DNA from: Mesotaenium endlicherianum
Lineage: Eukaryota
Assembly: GCA_009602735.1 (NCBI GenBank)
Contig: WELA01003517.1
Span: forward strand, 87,141-151,140
Direction: 5' to 3'
Length of the DNA stretch: 64,000 nt
The position numbers and the translations under genes are program-made. This document shows, piece after piece, positions 1 through 13,565 of the stretch (its first letter is position 1; each line of letters starts with the position of its first letter). The notes beneath the pieces were generated by a model. It had not been told where the DNA came from, made no database searches, and saw nothing but the letters and a program-made list of their open reading frames with translations.

Positions 1-539
1 CCCCCCCCCCTCCCCCCCCCCTCTTCCCCTTCCGCAGGCCCAGGGCACCGATAGGCTGCTGCTACTGCTGCTGTAGCCACGCAATGGTGGCTGCGGCGGC
101 GGTTGTGGCACAGGTTGATGATGAGCTGGCGGCGGCTGGTCCTCGGGGTTGGAAAATCTGGGGACCTGGGGTTTTGGGTGAGGGGTGTTGGTGAGTTTAG
201 GGCAGGGGGCTGCTCCTGTGGGCTGCTGCCTGACTGCTTGCACGCCCTTCTATCTTTGAGTGCAGTACTGCTGGTGCCGCTGCTGCTGCTGCTGCTGCAG
301 TGCTCAATGATGCCCACCGGTAGGGGCATGCATGCACTCCCTCCTGGCGCTACTCTCTTTGTTCCCCTTCATCCCATGCGCGGTTTGGCATGCGTGCAAT
401 GTCGTCAGAGTTTCCCTCTCCCCCCCTTTTGGGCAACGTGGGGCCCCGTGCTAATCGAGGGCAAAGCAACGTGGGGGGGTGGGGGTGGGCGTGGCTGCGG
501 GTGTGGGTGTGTGTCTGTGTGGGATTGGACGGAGGGCAG

Positions 540-3500
540 CTACATCAACGAGATGATAGTGAAGCACGCGTCGTTTGTGGTCGACGACCGCGCCGTCTCT
601 AGCGGCAGCCTTCGCCACAAGGGCGCGGGCTCCTCCAAGGGGGCCCGCCAGGTGTCGTTCAAGGACAGGGGGAGGGAGCATGCGGGGGGTAGCAGCAGCA
701 GCAGGGGGGCATTTCGGAGTTACGGTGGCAAGGACGGGCCGTCCCAGCTGCAGACGAGCCGCTCCGACAGCAACTTGCCGGCGGTGGCGGCAGCGGCAGC
801 GGCAGCCATGGCTCCGCTGGCAGCCGCGACGCCACCTGGCATCCCCACCCAGCCGCACCGGCAGCAGCAGCAGCAGCAGGTGCAGCAGGTGCAGCCGCGC
901 AGTCCAAGCTTGCTGCAGGACAGGGGGACGTCTCAGAAGGAGCAGCAGCTGTCGCATGCAGCCGCCGGCGCAGAGGCCAGCTGCGGTTCCGCTGGGCCAT
1001 CCTTTCGAGAGGAGCCGGGGGCAGGGCTGCAGGGGCCGGCGTGGCGGCTTGGGGAGGAGGCGCAGGCGGGAGCCGGCAGGGGGCGGAAGTCCCCGGCAGC
1101 AGTGGCGGCGGCGGCCACGGCCACGGCGGGGGCGGGGGGGGCGGCGTCGTGGATGCGGGCGTTGGACGACTACTCGGCGCAGAAGAAGCACAAGGTGGAG
1201 GCGCTGGCGCCGGAGCATCTGGACAACATGTGGGCCATGGGCCGCGACTACCGCGCCAAGGACGAGGCCCGCGCGCCAGGTGGCGGCGCCGGCGGCAGGG
1301 GCCCGGCCAGGGGTGGGCGAGAGGGCCTGCCCTGGTGGTCCCCGCCGCAGCGACAGCAGCAGCAGCTGGATGAGGAGCCGCAGGCACTGCAGCCGCCGCC
1401 GCTGTCGCTGTCGCACTTGCAGCCGGCATCACTGACCAGGCCGATGGCGACAACGGGCAGCGGAGGGGAGGTGCAGCCGGAGAGGAGAGAAGAGGCAGAT
1501 GAAAGGGAGGAGCCGAGCGTCAGCAGGGGCAGCGGCAGTGGCAGCGCCAGCGGCAGGGGCAGGGCGGGGTCGCCAGCAGCTCCAGGCCCAGGCAGCTCCA
1601 GCTGCCACAGCACTAGCCCTGTGGGTGTTGGTGCTGCTGCTGCTGCTGCTGCTGCTGCGAGGGAATTATGGAGCAATAGCAGCACCAGCAGCAGCAGCAG
1701 CAACCGCCCAGGCACCGGTACGGGTGCGAGCGCAGGCGCAGCCCCCGTGGCAGCGGCTGCGGCGGCGACGCCGGCCTCTGGTCGCAGGGGTGTGGGCGGT
1801 GAAGGGCGTCGCTTTGCTGCGTTTGGCAGCCCCATCTCCATCCCCAGCTTTGCTGCTGCGCTGGGCGGCGGCTTCTTGGACGGCAGAAGGTTGCAATCCG
1901 GCAGCGGTGCAGGAGGGAGTGTTCATGCTGATGCTGCTGCCGCCCTTGACCTCGGCCTTGCTGCCAGCAGCAGAGAAAGCGATGGGATTAGTGGCGGGAG
2001 GAGTGCAAGTGGCAGTGGGCGGCACTGCGGGAGCGGCAGAGGGAGTGGGAGTGGGAGCGGGAGCTTGAGGGTAGTGGAGGCCCAGGACCTACAGCAGCAG
2101 CGAGGGGTGACCAGAGACAGCTTGCCCGACACTCTCTCCCTCCCTCTCCCCGGCCGCCCCCTCGCCTCCCCAGAGGCGGCGGCCGAATCTTCCACCAGCG
2201 CGCCACTTCCGCCGCCGCCGCCGCCTGCTGTGCCAGCTGGTGCAGCGGAGGGGGGCGGCGGCGGCAGCGGCAACAGTGGTTGCGGCGGCGGCGACTCGGC
2301 GGCAGCTGCGCGGCGGCGGCGGATCGCACGCGGCATCGGGTTTGACCTGGACGACGACGAGTGGGAGGACGGCCTGGCGAGCGTGCCCGGCATCGGCTTC
2401 GGGTTTGGGCGCTCCGCTTCCACGTCCTCCTCCAAGGCCGGTGCCTCCAGCCCCCCGGAGGGCGCCGCGCCGTCCTCGAGGCCGCTGCCGCAGCCGCAGC
2501 CGCCGCCGCCAGGTGGCAGCTCGGTGGTGGTGACGGCGGGGGCAGTGGTAATGGCAACAGCGGCGGTGGTGGTGACGAGGACACCGGCAGCAGCGCCGAC
2601 CACGCCAACGGGGGCGGAGGAGCAGCAGCGGCTGCGGTGGGCCAGCTCCAGCTCTAGCTGCACTGCTCCAGCGGGCGAGGGCTGGAGCGGCGGCACACAG
2701 GAGATGGAGGTGCGGGCGGAGGAGGAGCCAGAGGAGGAGGAGGAGATGGTGCCTGAGACCTGCGTGACGCCTGCCTCTGGCAGCAGCCAGAGGTGTGCGG
2801 GCGGCTTGCTCTTGCTCTGCCTTGCCCTCTGCAATGTCCTCCTGGCCTGCCTTGCCGCGCCTTTGCTGCGTGCTTGCAGGCAGACGACAGTACTGGTTTT
2901 ACTGGTTTCACTTGATCGCTCTCTAGCTCTCCTTGCATGCCGCGTCACTTGGGGGAAACGCGGGCTGGCCTTCCGCGCGGGAGAAGGACCACCCTGGCAG
3001 AGCTGCGTGGCCCCAGAGGTCCCAATCACGCGTGCGCCGCCTCGAGGGGCCTCAGACGCGGCTCCTTACTCTCTCTGCGATACTCGGCTGCAATACTCTC
3101 AGCTGTGTTTGCCGTACTCTTTTCTGCCCTTCTGGGCTGATTGGAGGGATGTCTGAGGGGCTGGAAAATTTGTGAGAGCTGTTTGCAAGGGACCAAAATT
3201 GTCTCTCCGTGCGGCCATGCAGGGGGGGCGGCGTCACGCCTGAGAAGCCAGGTGGCGGCCCTACAGCAGCAGAGGTTGAGTGGGAGGAGGCGTGGAGAGC
3301 AGGCGGCGGCAGCGGGCCCAGCACGCCGAGGGATGCCAGCAAGGCCTCTGCGGGCGGCGGCAGCGGCAGCGGCGTGGCAGAGTCTCCTGCGGCCAGAGCG
3401 CGGCGCCTGTCGGAACTTGACGCCCACCTTCCGGACAGCATGGATATAACAAGCAGTGACATTTACAGGGGCGTAGACATGGACATGGACCTCTTGCCTC

Positions 3501-6500
3501 CCTCCCCTATAGACCCCTCGGTGGGCATTCCCCGCAGCTTGGGGGAGAGGGAGAGAGGGGGGGGCCTGCGGCGCCACGAGTCGGGCAGCGGGCGGCTGGA
3601 GCCGGCAGTCGGCCCCTCTTCCCCCCGTGGCTATGAGCAGCGGGGAAATGCTGGTGCTGCCACTGCTTCTGCTGATGCCGATGCCGCTGCTGCTGTGCTT
3701 GACCCTGGGCCTGACGCGGCAAGCCCGGCCCTCAGGTCTGGGGCTGGGTCGGGACGTGCACCGGAAGGACCTGGTCTGGGCGGCTCGGGCGCGCACTTGT
3801 CAGCAGATCCTCTCAGGGAACTCGATCCTTGGATGCACGCGGCATCCAGGGGCGGTGGTAACGCGCCACCTGGCGGAGCGCTGCAGCGAGCCAAGTCCTC
3901 ATACGCTGGCCAACTGTTCAGCCCCCGGCGGTCTGCAGCCTTCGGCCCCAGGCTGCACGCCAGGGTGTGTTCTCCCTTCCCATTCCTCCTCCCCTGCTCC
4001 CCGCCCCTCCCAAGTCGGTTGCTGCCACCCCGCATTGCTCTCCCCCGCGTACGCGAGGGAGAGGTGAGTCGTTGTGGCCCCAGCCTCCAGCCTCCAGCCT
4101 CCAGCAAGGAAGAGAGGAAATGGAGCTCGCGAGATGGGTAGGCGGGTGGGCCTTGCGCCCCTGTGCGGTTGCTGTCTCTCTCCCGGCGGGTATGGCATGG
4201 CCATTGGTGTTAAGTCGTCTCGTTGCTCTCTCGAGGCCTGTCAACGGCGGTAGTGGTCCCAGTCTGGAGTTCTGGCAGGCGTGCAGGCTCAGTGGGGCAC
4301 GCGGGGGAGAGGANGGCGCAGAAGAAGCACAAGGTGGAGGCGCTGGCGCCGGAGCATCTGGACAACATGTGGGCCATGGGCCGCGACTACCGCGCCAAGG
4401 ACGAGGCCCGCGCGCCAGGTGGCGGCGCCGGCGGCAGGGGCCCGGCCAGGGGTGGGCGAGAGGGCCTGCCCTGGTGGTCCCCGCCGCAGCGACAGCAGCA
4501 GCAGCTGGATGAGGAGCCGCAGGCACTGCAGCCGCCGCCGCTGTCGCTGTCGCACTTGCAGCCGGCATCACTGACCAGGCCGATGGCGACAACGGGCAGC
4601 GGAGGGGAGGTGCAGCCGGAGAGGAGAGAAGAGGCAGATGAAAGGGAGGAGCCGAGCGTCAGCAGGGGCAGCGGCAGTGGCAGCGCCAGCGGCAGGGGCA
4701 GGGCGGGGTCGCCAGCAGCTCCAGGCCCAGGCAGCTCCAGCTGCCACAGCACTAGCCCTGTGGGTGTTGGTGCTGCTGCTGCTGCTGCTGCTGCTGCGAG
4801 GGAATTATGGAGCAATAGCAGCACCAGCAGCAGCAGCAGCAACCGCCCAGGCACCGGTACGGGTGCGAGCGCAGGCGCAGCCCCCGTGGCAGCGGCTGCG
4901 GCGGCGACGCCGGCCTCTGGTCGCAGGGGTGTGGGCGGTGAAGGGCGTCGCTTTGCTGCGTTTGGCAGCCCCATCTCCATCCCCAGCTTTGCTGCTGCGC
5001 TGGGCGGCGGCTTCTTGGACGGCAGAAGGTTGCAATCCGGCAGCGGTGCAGGAGGGAGTGTTCATGCTGATGCTGCTGCCGCCCTTGACCTCGGCCTTGC
5101 TGCCAGCAGCAGAGAAAGCGATGGGATTAGTGGCGGGAGGAGTGCAAGTGGCAGTGGGCGGCACTGCGGGAGCGGCAGAGGGAGTGGGAGTGGGAGCGGG
5201 AGCTTGAGGGTAGTGGAGGCCCAGGACCTACAGCAGCAGCGAGGGGTGACCAGAGACAGCTTGCCCGACACTCTCTCCCTCCCTCTCCCCGGCCGCCCCC
5301 TCGCCTCCCCAGAGGCGGCGGCCGAATCTTCCACCAGCGCGCCACTTCCGCCGCCGCCGCCGCCTGCTGTGCCAGCTGGTGCAGCGGAGGGGGGCGGCGG
5401 CGGCAGCGGCAACAGTGGTTGCGGCGGCGGCGACTCGGCGGCAGCTGCGCGGCGGCGGCGGATCGCACGCGGCATCGGGTTTGACCTGGACGACGACGAG
5501 TGGGAGGACGGCCTGGCGAGCGTGCCCGGCATCGGCTTCGGGTTTGGGCGCTCCGCTTCCACGTCCTCCTCCAAGGCCGGTGCCTCCAGCCCCCCGGAGG
5601 GCGCCGCGCCGTCCTCGAGGCCGCTGCCGCAGCCGCAGCCGCCGCCGCCAGGTGGCAGCTCGGTGGTGGTGACGGCGGGGGCAGTGGTAATGGCAACAGC
5701 GGCGGTGGTGGTGACGAGGACACCGGCAGCAGCGCCGACCACGCCAACGGGGGCGGAGGAGCAGCAGCGGCTGCGGTGGGCCAGCTCCAGCTCTAGCTGC
5801 ACTGCTCCAGCGGGCGAGGGCTGGAGCGGCGGCACACAGGAGATGGAGGTGCGGGCGGAGGAGGAGCCAGAGGAGGAGGAGGAGATGGTGCCTGAGACCT
5901 GCGTGACGCCTGCCTCTGGCAGCAGCCAGAGGTGTGCGGGCGGCTTGCTCTTGCTCTGCCTTGCCCTCTGCAATGTCCTCCTGGCCTGCCTTGCCGCGCC
6001 TTTGCTGCGTGCTTGCAGGCAGACGACAGTACTGGTTTTACTGGTTTCACTTGATCGCTCTCTAGCTCTCCTTGCATGCCGCGTCACTTGGGGGAAACGC
6101 GGGCTGGCCTTCCGCGCGGGAGAAGGACCACCCTGGCAGAGCTGCGTGGCCCCAGAGGTCCCAATCACGCGTGCGCCGCCTCGAGGGGCCTCAGACGCGG
6201 CTCCTTACTCTCTCTGCGATACTCGGCTGCAATACTCTCAGCTGTGTTTGCCGTACTCTTTTCTGCCCTTCTGGGCTGATTGGAGGGATGTCTGAGGGGC
6301 TGGAAAATTTGTGAGAGCTGTTTGCAAGGGACCAAAATTGTCTCTCCGTGCGGCCATGCAGGGGGGGCGGCGTCACGCCTGAGAAGCCAGGTGGCGGCCC
6401 TACAGCAGCAGAGGTTGAGTGGGAGGAGGCGTGGAGAGCAGGCGGCGGCAGCGGGCCCAGCACGCCGAGGGATGCCAGCAAGGCCTCTGCGGGCGGCGGC

Positions 6501-7693
6501 AGCGGCAGCGGCGTGGCAGAGTCTCCTGCGGCCAGAGCGCGGCGCCTGTCGGAACTTGACGCCCACCTTCCGGACAGCATGGATATAACAAGCAGTGACA
6601 TTTACAGGGGCGTAGACATGGACATGGACCTCTTGCCTCCCTCCCCTATAGACCCCTCGGTGGGCATTCCCCGCAGCTTGGGGGAGAGGGAGAGAGGGGG
6701 GGGCCTGCGGCGCCACGAGTCGGGCAGCGGGCGGCTGGAGCCGGCAGTCGGCCCCTCTTCCCCCCGTGGCTATGAGCAGCGGGGAAATGCTGGTGCTGCC
6801 ACTGCTTCTGCTGATGCCGATGCCGCTGCTGCTGTGCTTGACCCTGGGCCTGACGCGGCAAGCCCGGCCCTCAGGTCTGGGGCTGGGTCGGGACGTGCAC
6901 CGGAAGGACCTGGTCTGGGCGGCTCGGGCGCGCACTTGTCAGCAGATCCTCTCAGGGAACTCGATCCTTGGATGCACGCGGCATCCAGGGGCGGTGGTAA
7001 CGCGCCACCTGGCGGAGCGCTGCAGCGAGCCAAGTCCTCATACGCTGGCCAACTGTTCAGCCCCCGGCGGTCTGCAGCCTTCGGCCCCAGGCTGCACGCC
7101 AGGGTGTGTTCTCCCTTCCCATTCCTCCTCCCCTGCTCCCCGCCCCTCCCAAGTCGGTTGCTGCCACCCCGCATTGCTCTCCCCCGCGTACGCGAGGGAG
7201 AGGTGAGTCGTTGTGGCCCCAGCCTCCAGCCTCCAGCCTCCAGCAAGGAAGAGAGGAAATGGAGCTCGCGAGATGGGTAGGCGGGTGGGCCTTGCGCCCC
7301 TGTGCGGTTGCTGTCTCTCTCCCGGCGGGTATGGCATGGCCATTGGTGTTAAGTCGTCTCGTTGCTCTCTCGAGGCCTGTCAACGGCGGTAGTGGTCCCA
7401 GTCTGGAGTTCTGGCAGGCGTGCAGGCTCAGTGGGGCACGCGGGGGAGAGGAAAGTCGTGCGCCTGGCTGCATGCTGTGGGGCTGCCGCCCTCTCCCCTG
7501 TGCTGTGGCTATCTCATGACGACGCGCTCAAGCGCTGCCTCTAGGGACAAGCAATGAGAGGCAGGAGGCTACATGGGGCCCCACTGAGCGCCTGCCAGGC
7601 AGGCAAGGCTTTGCAGACACGAGAGAGGAAAATGTGTGTGCGTGCGTGGGTTGCACTCATGGAGCAACAAATGCAAGTTTGCATATGCGCGCG

Positions 7694-7732
<39 letters not shown>

Positions 7733-8531
7733 TTGTGTGTGTGTGAGTGCGCGCGTGCAAGCGCGTGCACTGGGCTCGTATACTCAGCCTGTATGCTCCT
7801 TCAGCCAGATGCCTGCAGTCGCGTGCGGGGCAGTGGCGCCTGCGCGTCACGCACACTCACGCCACATGCACACCGACACTGACACACGCGCACGGGGGTG
7901 GCAGGTGGTGGGGGCGCATCTGGTGGCTAACCACGGGGAGTCGTTTGTGATGTACTCGGTGGCCGTCAGCGACTCCCAAGGCTCCTCCTCCTGGCTCATC
8001 CGCCGCAGGTGCTCCTCCCTTTTGCCCTCCCTCTTCTCATGCCATCGCTACCGCAGCTACACGGCTGCGGACACTGCTTGCAGCAGCAGCAGCAGCAGCG
8101 TGAGTCCTCCTGTAGGATGAGACAGAGAGGAAGAGGGAAGGAGAAAGGGAGGGAGGGAGGGAGAGGAAGAGAGAGGGGAGGATGTGTTGTGTCTTAGTTA
8201 ATGCCGGGCTAATCATGCTGGTGCTGGTGCTGGTGCTCTTCTGTGGGTGGGGAGAAGTAATTTGACGATGCTCTTGAGGGCCCCTTGCCCTGCCGTGTGA
8301 GAAGAGCCCTCCTCCTGACAGCGTGACACGTGTCCCCCGAGCGCAGGTACCGGAGCTTCGAGAAGCTGCACCGCACGCTCAAGGGCGCGCTGGCGCTCTA
8401 CTTCTCCAAGCTGCCGCCCAAGCGCTTCCTGGCGCACAACCTGAGCAACGCGTTCGTGCGCCAGCGCCGCGCCCAGCTCGACACCTACCTCCAGGTCCGC
8501 CCGCCCGCCTGCCTGCCTGCCTGCCCGCCCG

Positions 8532-8573
<42 letters not shown>

Positions 8574-11500
8574 TGCATGCCTGCCTGTCTGTCGGCATGC
8601 CTGCCTGCCTGCCGGCGTGCCCGCCTGTGTGCCTGCCTGCCTGTCATTGATGCTGCTCCTTTTTGCGTGTGCCGCATACTAATGGCTGCTGCTGCTGCCT
8701 AAGTGGAGGATAGGGTGGCTGTGTTGTCCACGCCCACCTTCTGCCACGCTCACTCTCTCTCAACCGCTCAACCTCTCACCTTCTTCTCTGCCTCTCTCCC
8801 CCCTTCATCCTGTGGGTGTGCAGGAGATAATGGCAGTGCCCACGGTGGCGGAGTATCACGAGGTGTGGGACTTCCTCAATCCCGACTCTAAGGTCAGCTC
8901 TTCCCCCCCCTTTCCCCCCTCTCTCTCCCGGGCATGGTTGGACATTGGGTTCATGCGGTGGCCCTCTCCCTCGCTCTGCCTTCCTTTGGAAAAGGGAGGA
9001 TGTGGCCGTGATTATCGCAGCTGCCCTGCTGTCTTGCGCCAACAAGCACACACATACGCACATACACTGGTGGGTGTGTTTAAAGGCTGTCTCGCTGACG
9101 CAGGAAGCATTTAGCGGGGGGACGCAAGTGCTAAGCATAAGGGAGCTGCTGGTGCTGGTGTTGGTGCCTCAGAGCGAAGGTCACACACCCCACCTCGGTT
9201 GTTGTTTGCAGCAGGACCTGAAGTAGTGGCGTGTGTGCTGTGGGTATGGGCGTGGGTGTGGGGGGTGCAGAGATACGGGTCCAACATGGCCACGTCCATG
9301 ATCACCACTCTCGCTGGTAGGATGCTACTGCCCGCTCCGCCTCCGCCTCCTCCTGGGTTGCGCTGCCCTCTGGGACTCACTGGCTGGGCGTGACTGGGCT
9401 GGGCTGGGCCAGGCCCCCTTTGCAGCACGCATGCATGCATGCATGCATACAATGCGTGGCAAGATTTGCAAATTAACAAAACCTGGGGGTCAAGCTGGAT
9501 GACCTGGAGTACGGAAGGCTGATGGCCTTTGTGTTGGAATATTTTGAAGTCTATCAATCTGCTTGTGGCTATCTCTTGGTGCTCCTGGAGACTCCTGTTA
9601 CAGGACTCTTCTGAGAGCTAGATGTGTGCCCGTGAGTTGCATCGTTTGATGATCGCCAGAAGCTCAGCCCCTCACTGTGACAGCCACAGCCCACACCCCG
9701 CATACGCACGTCTCTTGCTGACATCATGCGATGAGGGGGGGCGCGGGGTGCAGTGAACGTGGACGACGCGGTGGGGGGGGCGCTGCGGCACCTGCGCACC
9801 ATGTCCGGCGACATCACCTTCAAGGCCGAGAAGTTTCTGGGGCGCAGCCTGTCGGGCTCCTCCGCCACCACCGCGGCTGCCGCCGACGCCGCCCTTGCCA
9901 ACATCAACGCCCTCAGAGCCGGCAAACACGAGCGTGCAGCTGCTGCGGCCGCCGCGGCCGCTGCTGCTGCTGCCGCTTCCGGCGGGTTGTACTCTGGCAG
10001 CCAGCGCACGGTCCAGGAGACGGGCGAGGGCGGCGGCGTGGCGCCTCCAGAAGATGCCGTGTCAGCGTCGACGTCGGGAGCGGCCAGCTGGCACTCAAGC
10101 GGCGTCTCCAGCAGCAACAGGGGGAGGAGCAAGCCGCGGCTGGACCGCTGGTCCTTTGACGCGGGGGTGGGGGCCAGCGCCCGGATCAGCAGCAGCAGCA
10201 GCAGCAGCAGGCGGGGGGGAGGGGCTCAGGAGCAGCAGGCGCCGCCCGCGCCGCCGCTGCCAGATGAGCACCTGGGGTGGGAGAGCGACCCCCAGGGGGC
10301 CAATCAGAGCGGCAGCTTGCACACGCGCCGGAGCTCGCGCGCCACCACGGCCGCGGCCGCCGCCGCTGCTGCCGTCGCCCAGCCGGCCGAGCTAGAATGT
10401 GGGCAGGACACCCGCCAGCTGGCAGGGAGGGGGGCAGCTGCAAAATCCATGGCGGAGGCAACGGGCGTAAGCAACGCCGACGCCGGCGCCGGCGCCGCTG
10501 CCGCCCGGGATTACGGCGGGCCAGCGCCGTCCGTGTTGAAGGCGTACTATGAGGACGACACACTCTCGGACGACGGCGCGGGCGGCGGTGCGGGCGGCGC
10601 AGGCGGGAGGTGGGGCGACGACATGTCGCCCACCAGCTCTATGGCCGGCTCTGACATCTTTTCAACGACGACGGCCGCAACGGCGACTGCGGCGGCGTCG
10701 TCGGCGGCGGCGACGATGGTGCAGGCAGACGAGCTCGGCGCCATTCCCCTCGAGGTGAGACATCTGTCGTACTTCTCCCATCCTTTCCTTCTTCCCTTCC
10801 TCCCTGGCCCTCTAGTGAGAAGACAGGCAGACAGGCAGAGCGAACGAGCGAGTGGACGTATGGGCGCAGGCTGGCTGGTTTCTTAGGCTGGCTTCGCAGG
10901 GGAGGGCTTGGCAAATGGCGTTGGTATCTTCTCCCAGTGGAGCGAGGTTACGACGCTGCTAGTGCTGCCTGGTGTCGCTCTTTGAGGGCTCAGCGGATTG
11001 CTGGGCGGGACCAGCGCCCGCTTCTTCCTCATTCTCTGTCTCTGCTTCTTGTATGCCTGCCTGCTGTCCTGCCTGCCCACCCGCCTGCAAGCTGTTGGCA
11101 AAGTACGTCGAGAGCCTTAATAGGTGGCTGGCTGGTCTGGACAAACAGACAAGCATACAGAGAGAGGGTTGTGAGGCACCCTTGGAGACAGAGAGGGACT
11201 AGAGTTGTCCGCCCGTGTGCGTGTGCTTGTGCCTGTGAGAGAGGGAGGCAGTGTGTGTATCTCTATGTGTGCTAAATTTGTTCGCGTGTGCATGCGAGTG
11301 AGTGCAGTGGAACATATCGCGGCTGAGCGCGCCCGTGCTGAATCTGGTCAACACCGTCTTCCAGCTGCACAAGCGCGGCTGGCTCCGGTACCCCCCCTCG
11401 CCCTCCCTGACCCTCCCTTTGCCTCGCCTCGCCAGTCTGCTGGCATGGCATTGCATGGCATTTACTTCCCCCTCCTGCCGCGCCCTGCTCTCTTCACTCT

Positions 11501-13565
11501 TGCGCCTGCCGTCACCCATGCATTTCTCACCGACTTACAAGGCAGGCAGGCGGCTCTTTTTTCTTTAGGGGGTGTTTTTCTGCCAAGGGAGTGACCCTGC
11601 CGTCTGCTGCTGCTGCTGCCACTGCTGTCGCTGCTGATGCTGCCGCTATTGCTTCTCTGTGGCTGCTGCTGCTGCTAATGGTGGTCGGGGCAAGAGAGGG
11701 GGCGTGCAGGCGGCAGGTGCTGTGGATAGCACGGCAGGTGATCGAGCTGGGGGTGGGCGACGCCATCGACGACTTTCTGCTGGGCAAGATCCAGTGGCTG
11801 CGCCGCCCCGACACCGTCGTGGCCGCCATCCGCCTCGTCCGCCAGGTGTGCCTGGCCTGCCCCCCCCCCCCCGCACCTGCCCGCCCCTAGCTGGCGCACC
11901 GCCCTCACTCTGTCTGTCTGCTGTTTGCAACCTCTTACGGTCAGAGGTGAGGGGAAGGGAGGTCTAAGGGGAGAGCGGAAGGGAGGCAGGGAGGGTGGGA
12001 GCAACTGCAATGATGGCAGAGAGAGAGAGAGAGAGTGGGGTGTGGATCCAGGAGGTACAGGCAGGCCTCACAGGAACCGGAACTGGCACCCCCAGCACCT
12101 GCGCCAGCACGGGAACCACTTAAGTTGCGGCTGGCGTGAAGAGCTCCCCGTGCTGCATCCGCTCACCCACCCATGGGGCCATCCGAGTGGAGTGCAAACG
12201 GAGCTGAGCGTCTCTCCCTCTCTCGGCGTCTCTCTAGCTCTCCGTCTCCCCCTCTCGCTCTCCTCTCACCTCTCTGCTCCTTGCCCCCCTGCTTGCTGCA
12301 GTCTTTGTGGCCAGATGGCACGTTCTACACGCGCCACCCGAGCTTCACGCCGCCAACCCTGCCAACCGGCTCGGGCACAAGCGGTGGTTGGGCGGCGGCG
12401 TCAGCGGGGACGGCGGGCGCCGCCGATCCCCTCGGGGCTGCGGCGCCTGCGCTCACCTTTGAGCAGCACCTGCAGGCTGCGCGCCACGCCATGCTCGTCC
12501 GCGAGATGTTCTTGGGTGAGTCACACACGCGCGCACGAACACACACACACTGGGAGAGAGGGAGACAGAAACTGAGAATGAGACTGAGTGAGACAGTCTG
12601 AGACTGAGTGGGGGAAAGGGGAGAGAAGCAAAAAAGGAGCAGCCCCCCCGCCGCGCCGCTTCCTGCCCCATGCGTCCTGCGCCAACTGTCCGGCCTTTGC
12701 ATGTGTTGCCTTATTATTTTCCGTAATCTCAGTTTCTGGCCTTCTTCACTTAAGTTGACTCCCATTGGTTAAATCTTCAATGGGCTTTGATTTGATTTAA
12801 TCGATTGGGTTAATCGGAGCTGCTCTGACATATTCACACACGCCTACAACCACACCCGCGCCCACCCCCGCAAGCACACACCCACATCCACTGCACTCCC
12901 TCCGGATCCTTAGAGAGGTAGCAATAGGCTCGGCATTCTAACAGCGGGGCAGGAGGTGGGGGCAGATGCGGCGCCCACGGGGCTGGTGAGCCTGATCGGC
13001 GGCAAGGCGTACAAGCGCGGCGCCAAGGACCTCTACCACTTCTTGCAGGTGCGCCCCCCNCACACATGCGCGCGCTCGCAATGCATACACGAGCGGTGTG
13101 GCATCTGTCTGGGCTCTGCGGCGGATAGTGGTGGAGGGCTTACCGCCCTCTGCTCTTGTTGGTGGGATATGCAGAGCAGGCACGGAAACGAGTGGGGGGG
13201 AAAGTGGGTGGGGCGTCAGCGCAGCCTTAGAGCACAGACTGTTTCTGGTAGTGTGCTACGGAGGCGCTCTCGTTTTGCGTGGCCTGCTGGGGAGAACAGG
13301 AGGAGCTGACACTTGGCACTAGGGCCTCAACCAGAGGCACACAGTGTACATGCCTGTTGCCTATTGCCTGTTTCGATTCACTTGGTCTCAATCCATGGCC
13401 GCTGATGCTGGTCAAGTGTGGTGGCGTGGGCGGGTGGGCGGCTGCGGGCGGCAGTCGCCGGTGTGCGTGAAGCAGCTGGCGCACAGCCTGCTGGAGACAT
13501 GTGTCCTGGCGGCGTTTCCGGAGCTGAGCGCGCTCGTGGTCGACATCCGCCACCACAACATGTAG
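540..13565 (+). CDS. Plant-type PXA-PX-Nexin_C sorting nexin (SNX13/14-like PX-domain protein), 5'-partial, multi-exon
   Basis: Exons read by eye, all GT-AG and phase-consistent: 540-2792, 3223-3964 (or the duplicate copy to 7103), 7905-8008, 8347-8494, 8824-8892, 9271-9316, 9754-10754, 11308-11387, 11710-11845, 12302-12515, 12966-13048, 13455-13565(TAG). Motifs: PXA end (YINEMI), LAPEHLDNMWAMGRDY, PX domain (VMYSVAV..WLIRRRYRSFEKLH..LPPKRFL..FVRQRRAQLDTYLQ..EVWDFL), TLAVNVDDA, Nexin_C (VFQLHKRGWLRRQVLW..DAIDD..LWPDG..LIGGKAYKRGAKDLYHFLQSP..AFPEL). The N-terminus lies upstream of the window. Confidence 0.88.
1176..7452. repeat. 3138-bp direct duplication (1176-4313 / 4315-7452) separated by a single N; probable scaffolding artefact
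   Basis: The ORF track repeats identically with a 3139-bp offset. The junction is the N at 4314. Short duplications also flank single Ns at 23975, 26226, 28458 and 38798. Confidence 0.9.
7696..7745. repeat. (GT)n microsatellite in a sorting nexin intron
   Basis: Directly visible tgtgtg run. Confidence 0.9.
8497..8645. repeat. (GCCT)n tetranucleotide microsatellite at the 5' end of an intron
   Basis: Directly visible gcctgcctgcct array immediately after the donor at 8495. Confidence 0.9.

Noticed and set aside
103..3156. 1017-aa ORF as a standalone protein, and the many overlapping GC-rich ORFs in 1-13800
   Set aside because: The ORF is exon 540-2792 plus intron read-through. The others are shadow ORFs of GC-rich low-complexity sequence.
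1176..7452. Exon duplication creating a repeated or alternatively spliced sorting nexin
   Set aside because: The copies appear identical including introns, start mid-exon and are joined by a single N. The same N-flanked duplication pattern recurs elsewhere, indicating unmerged contig overlap.
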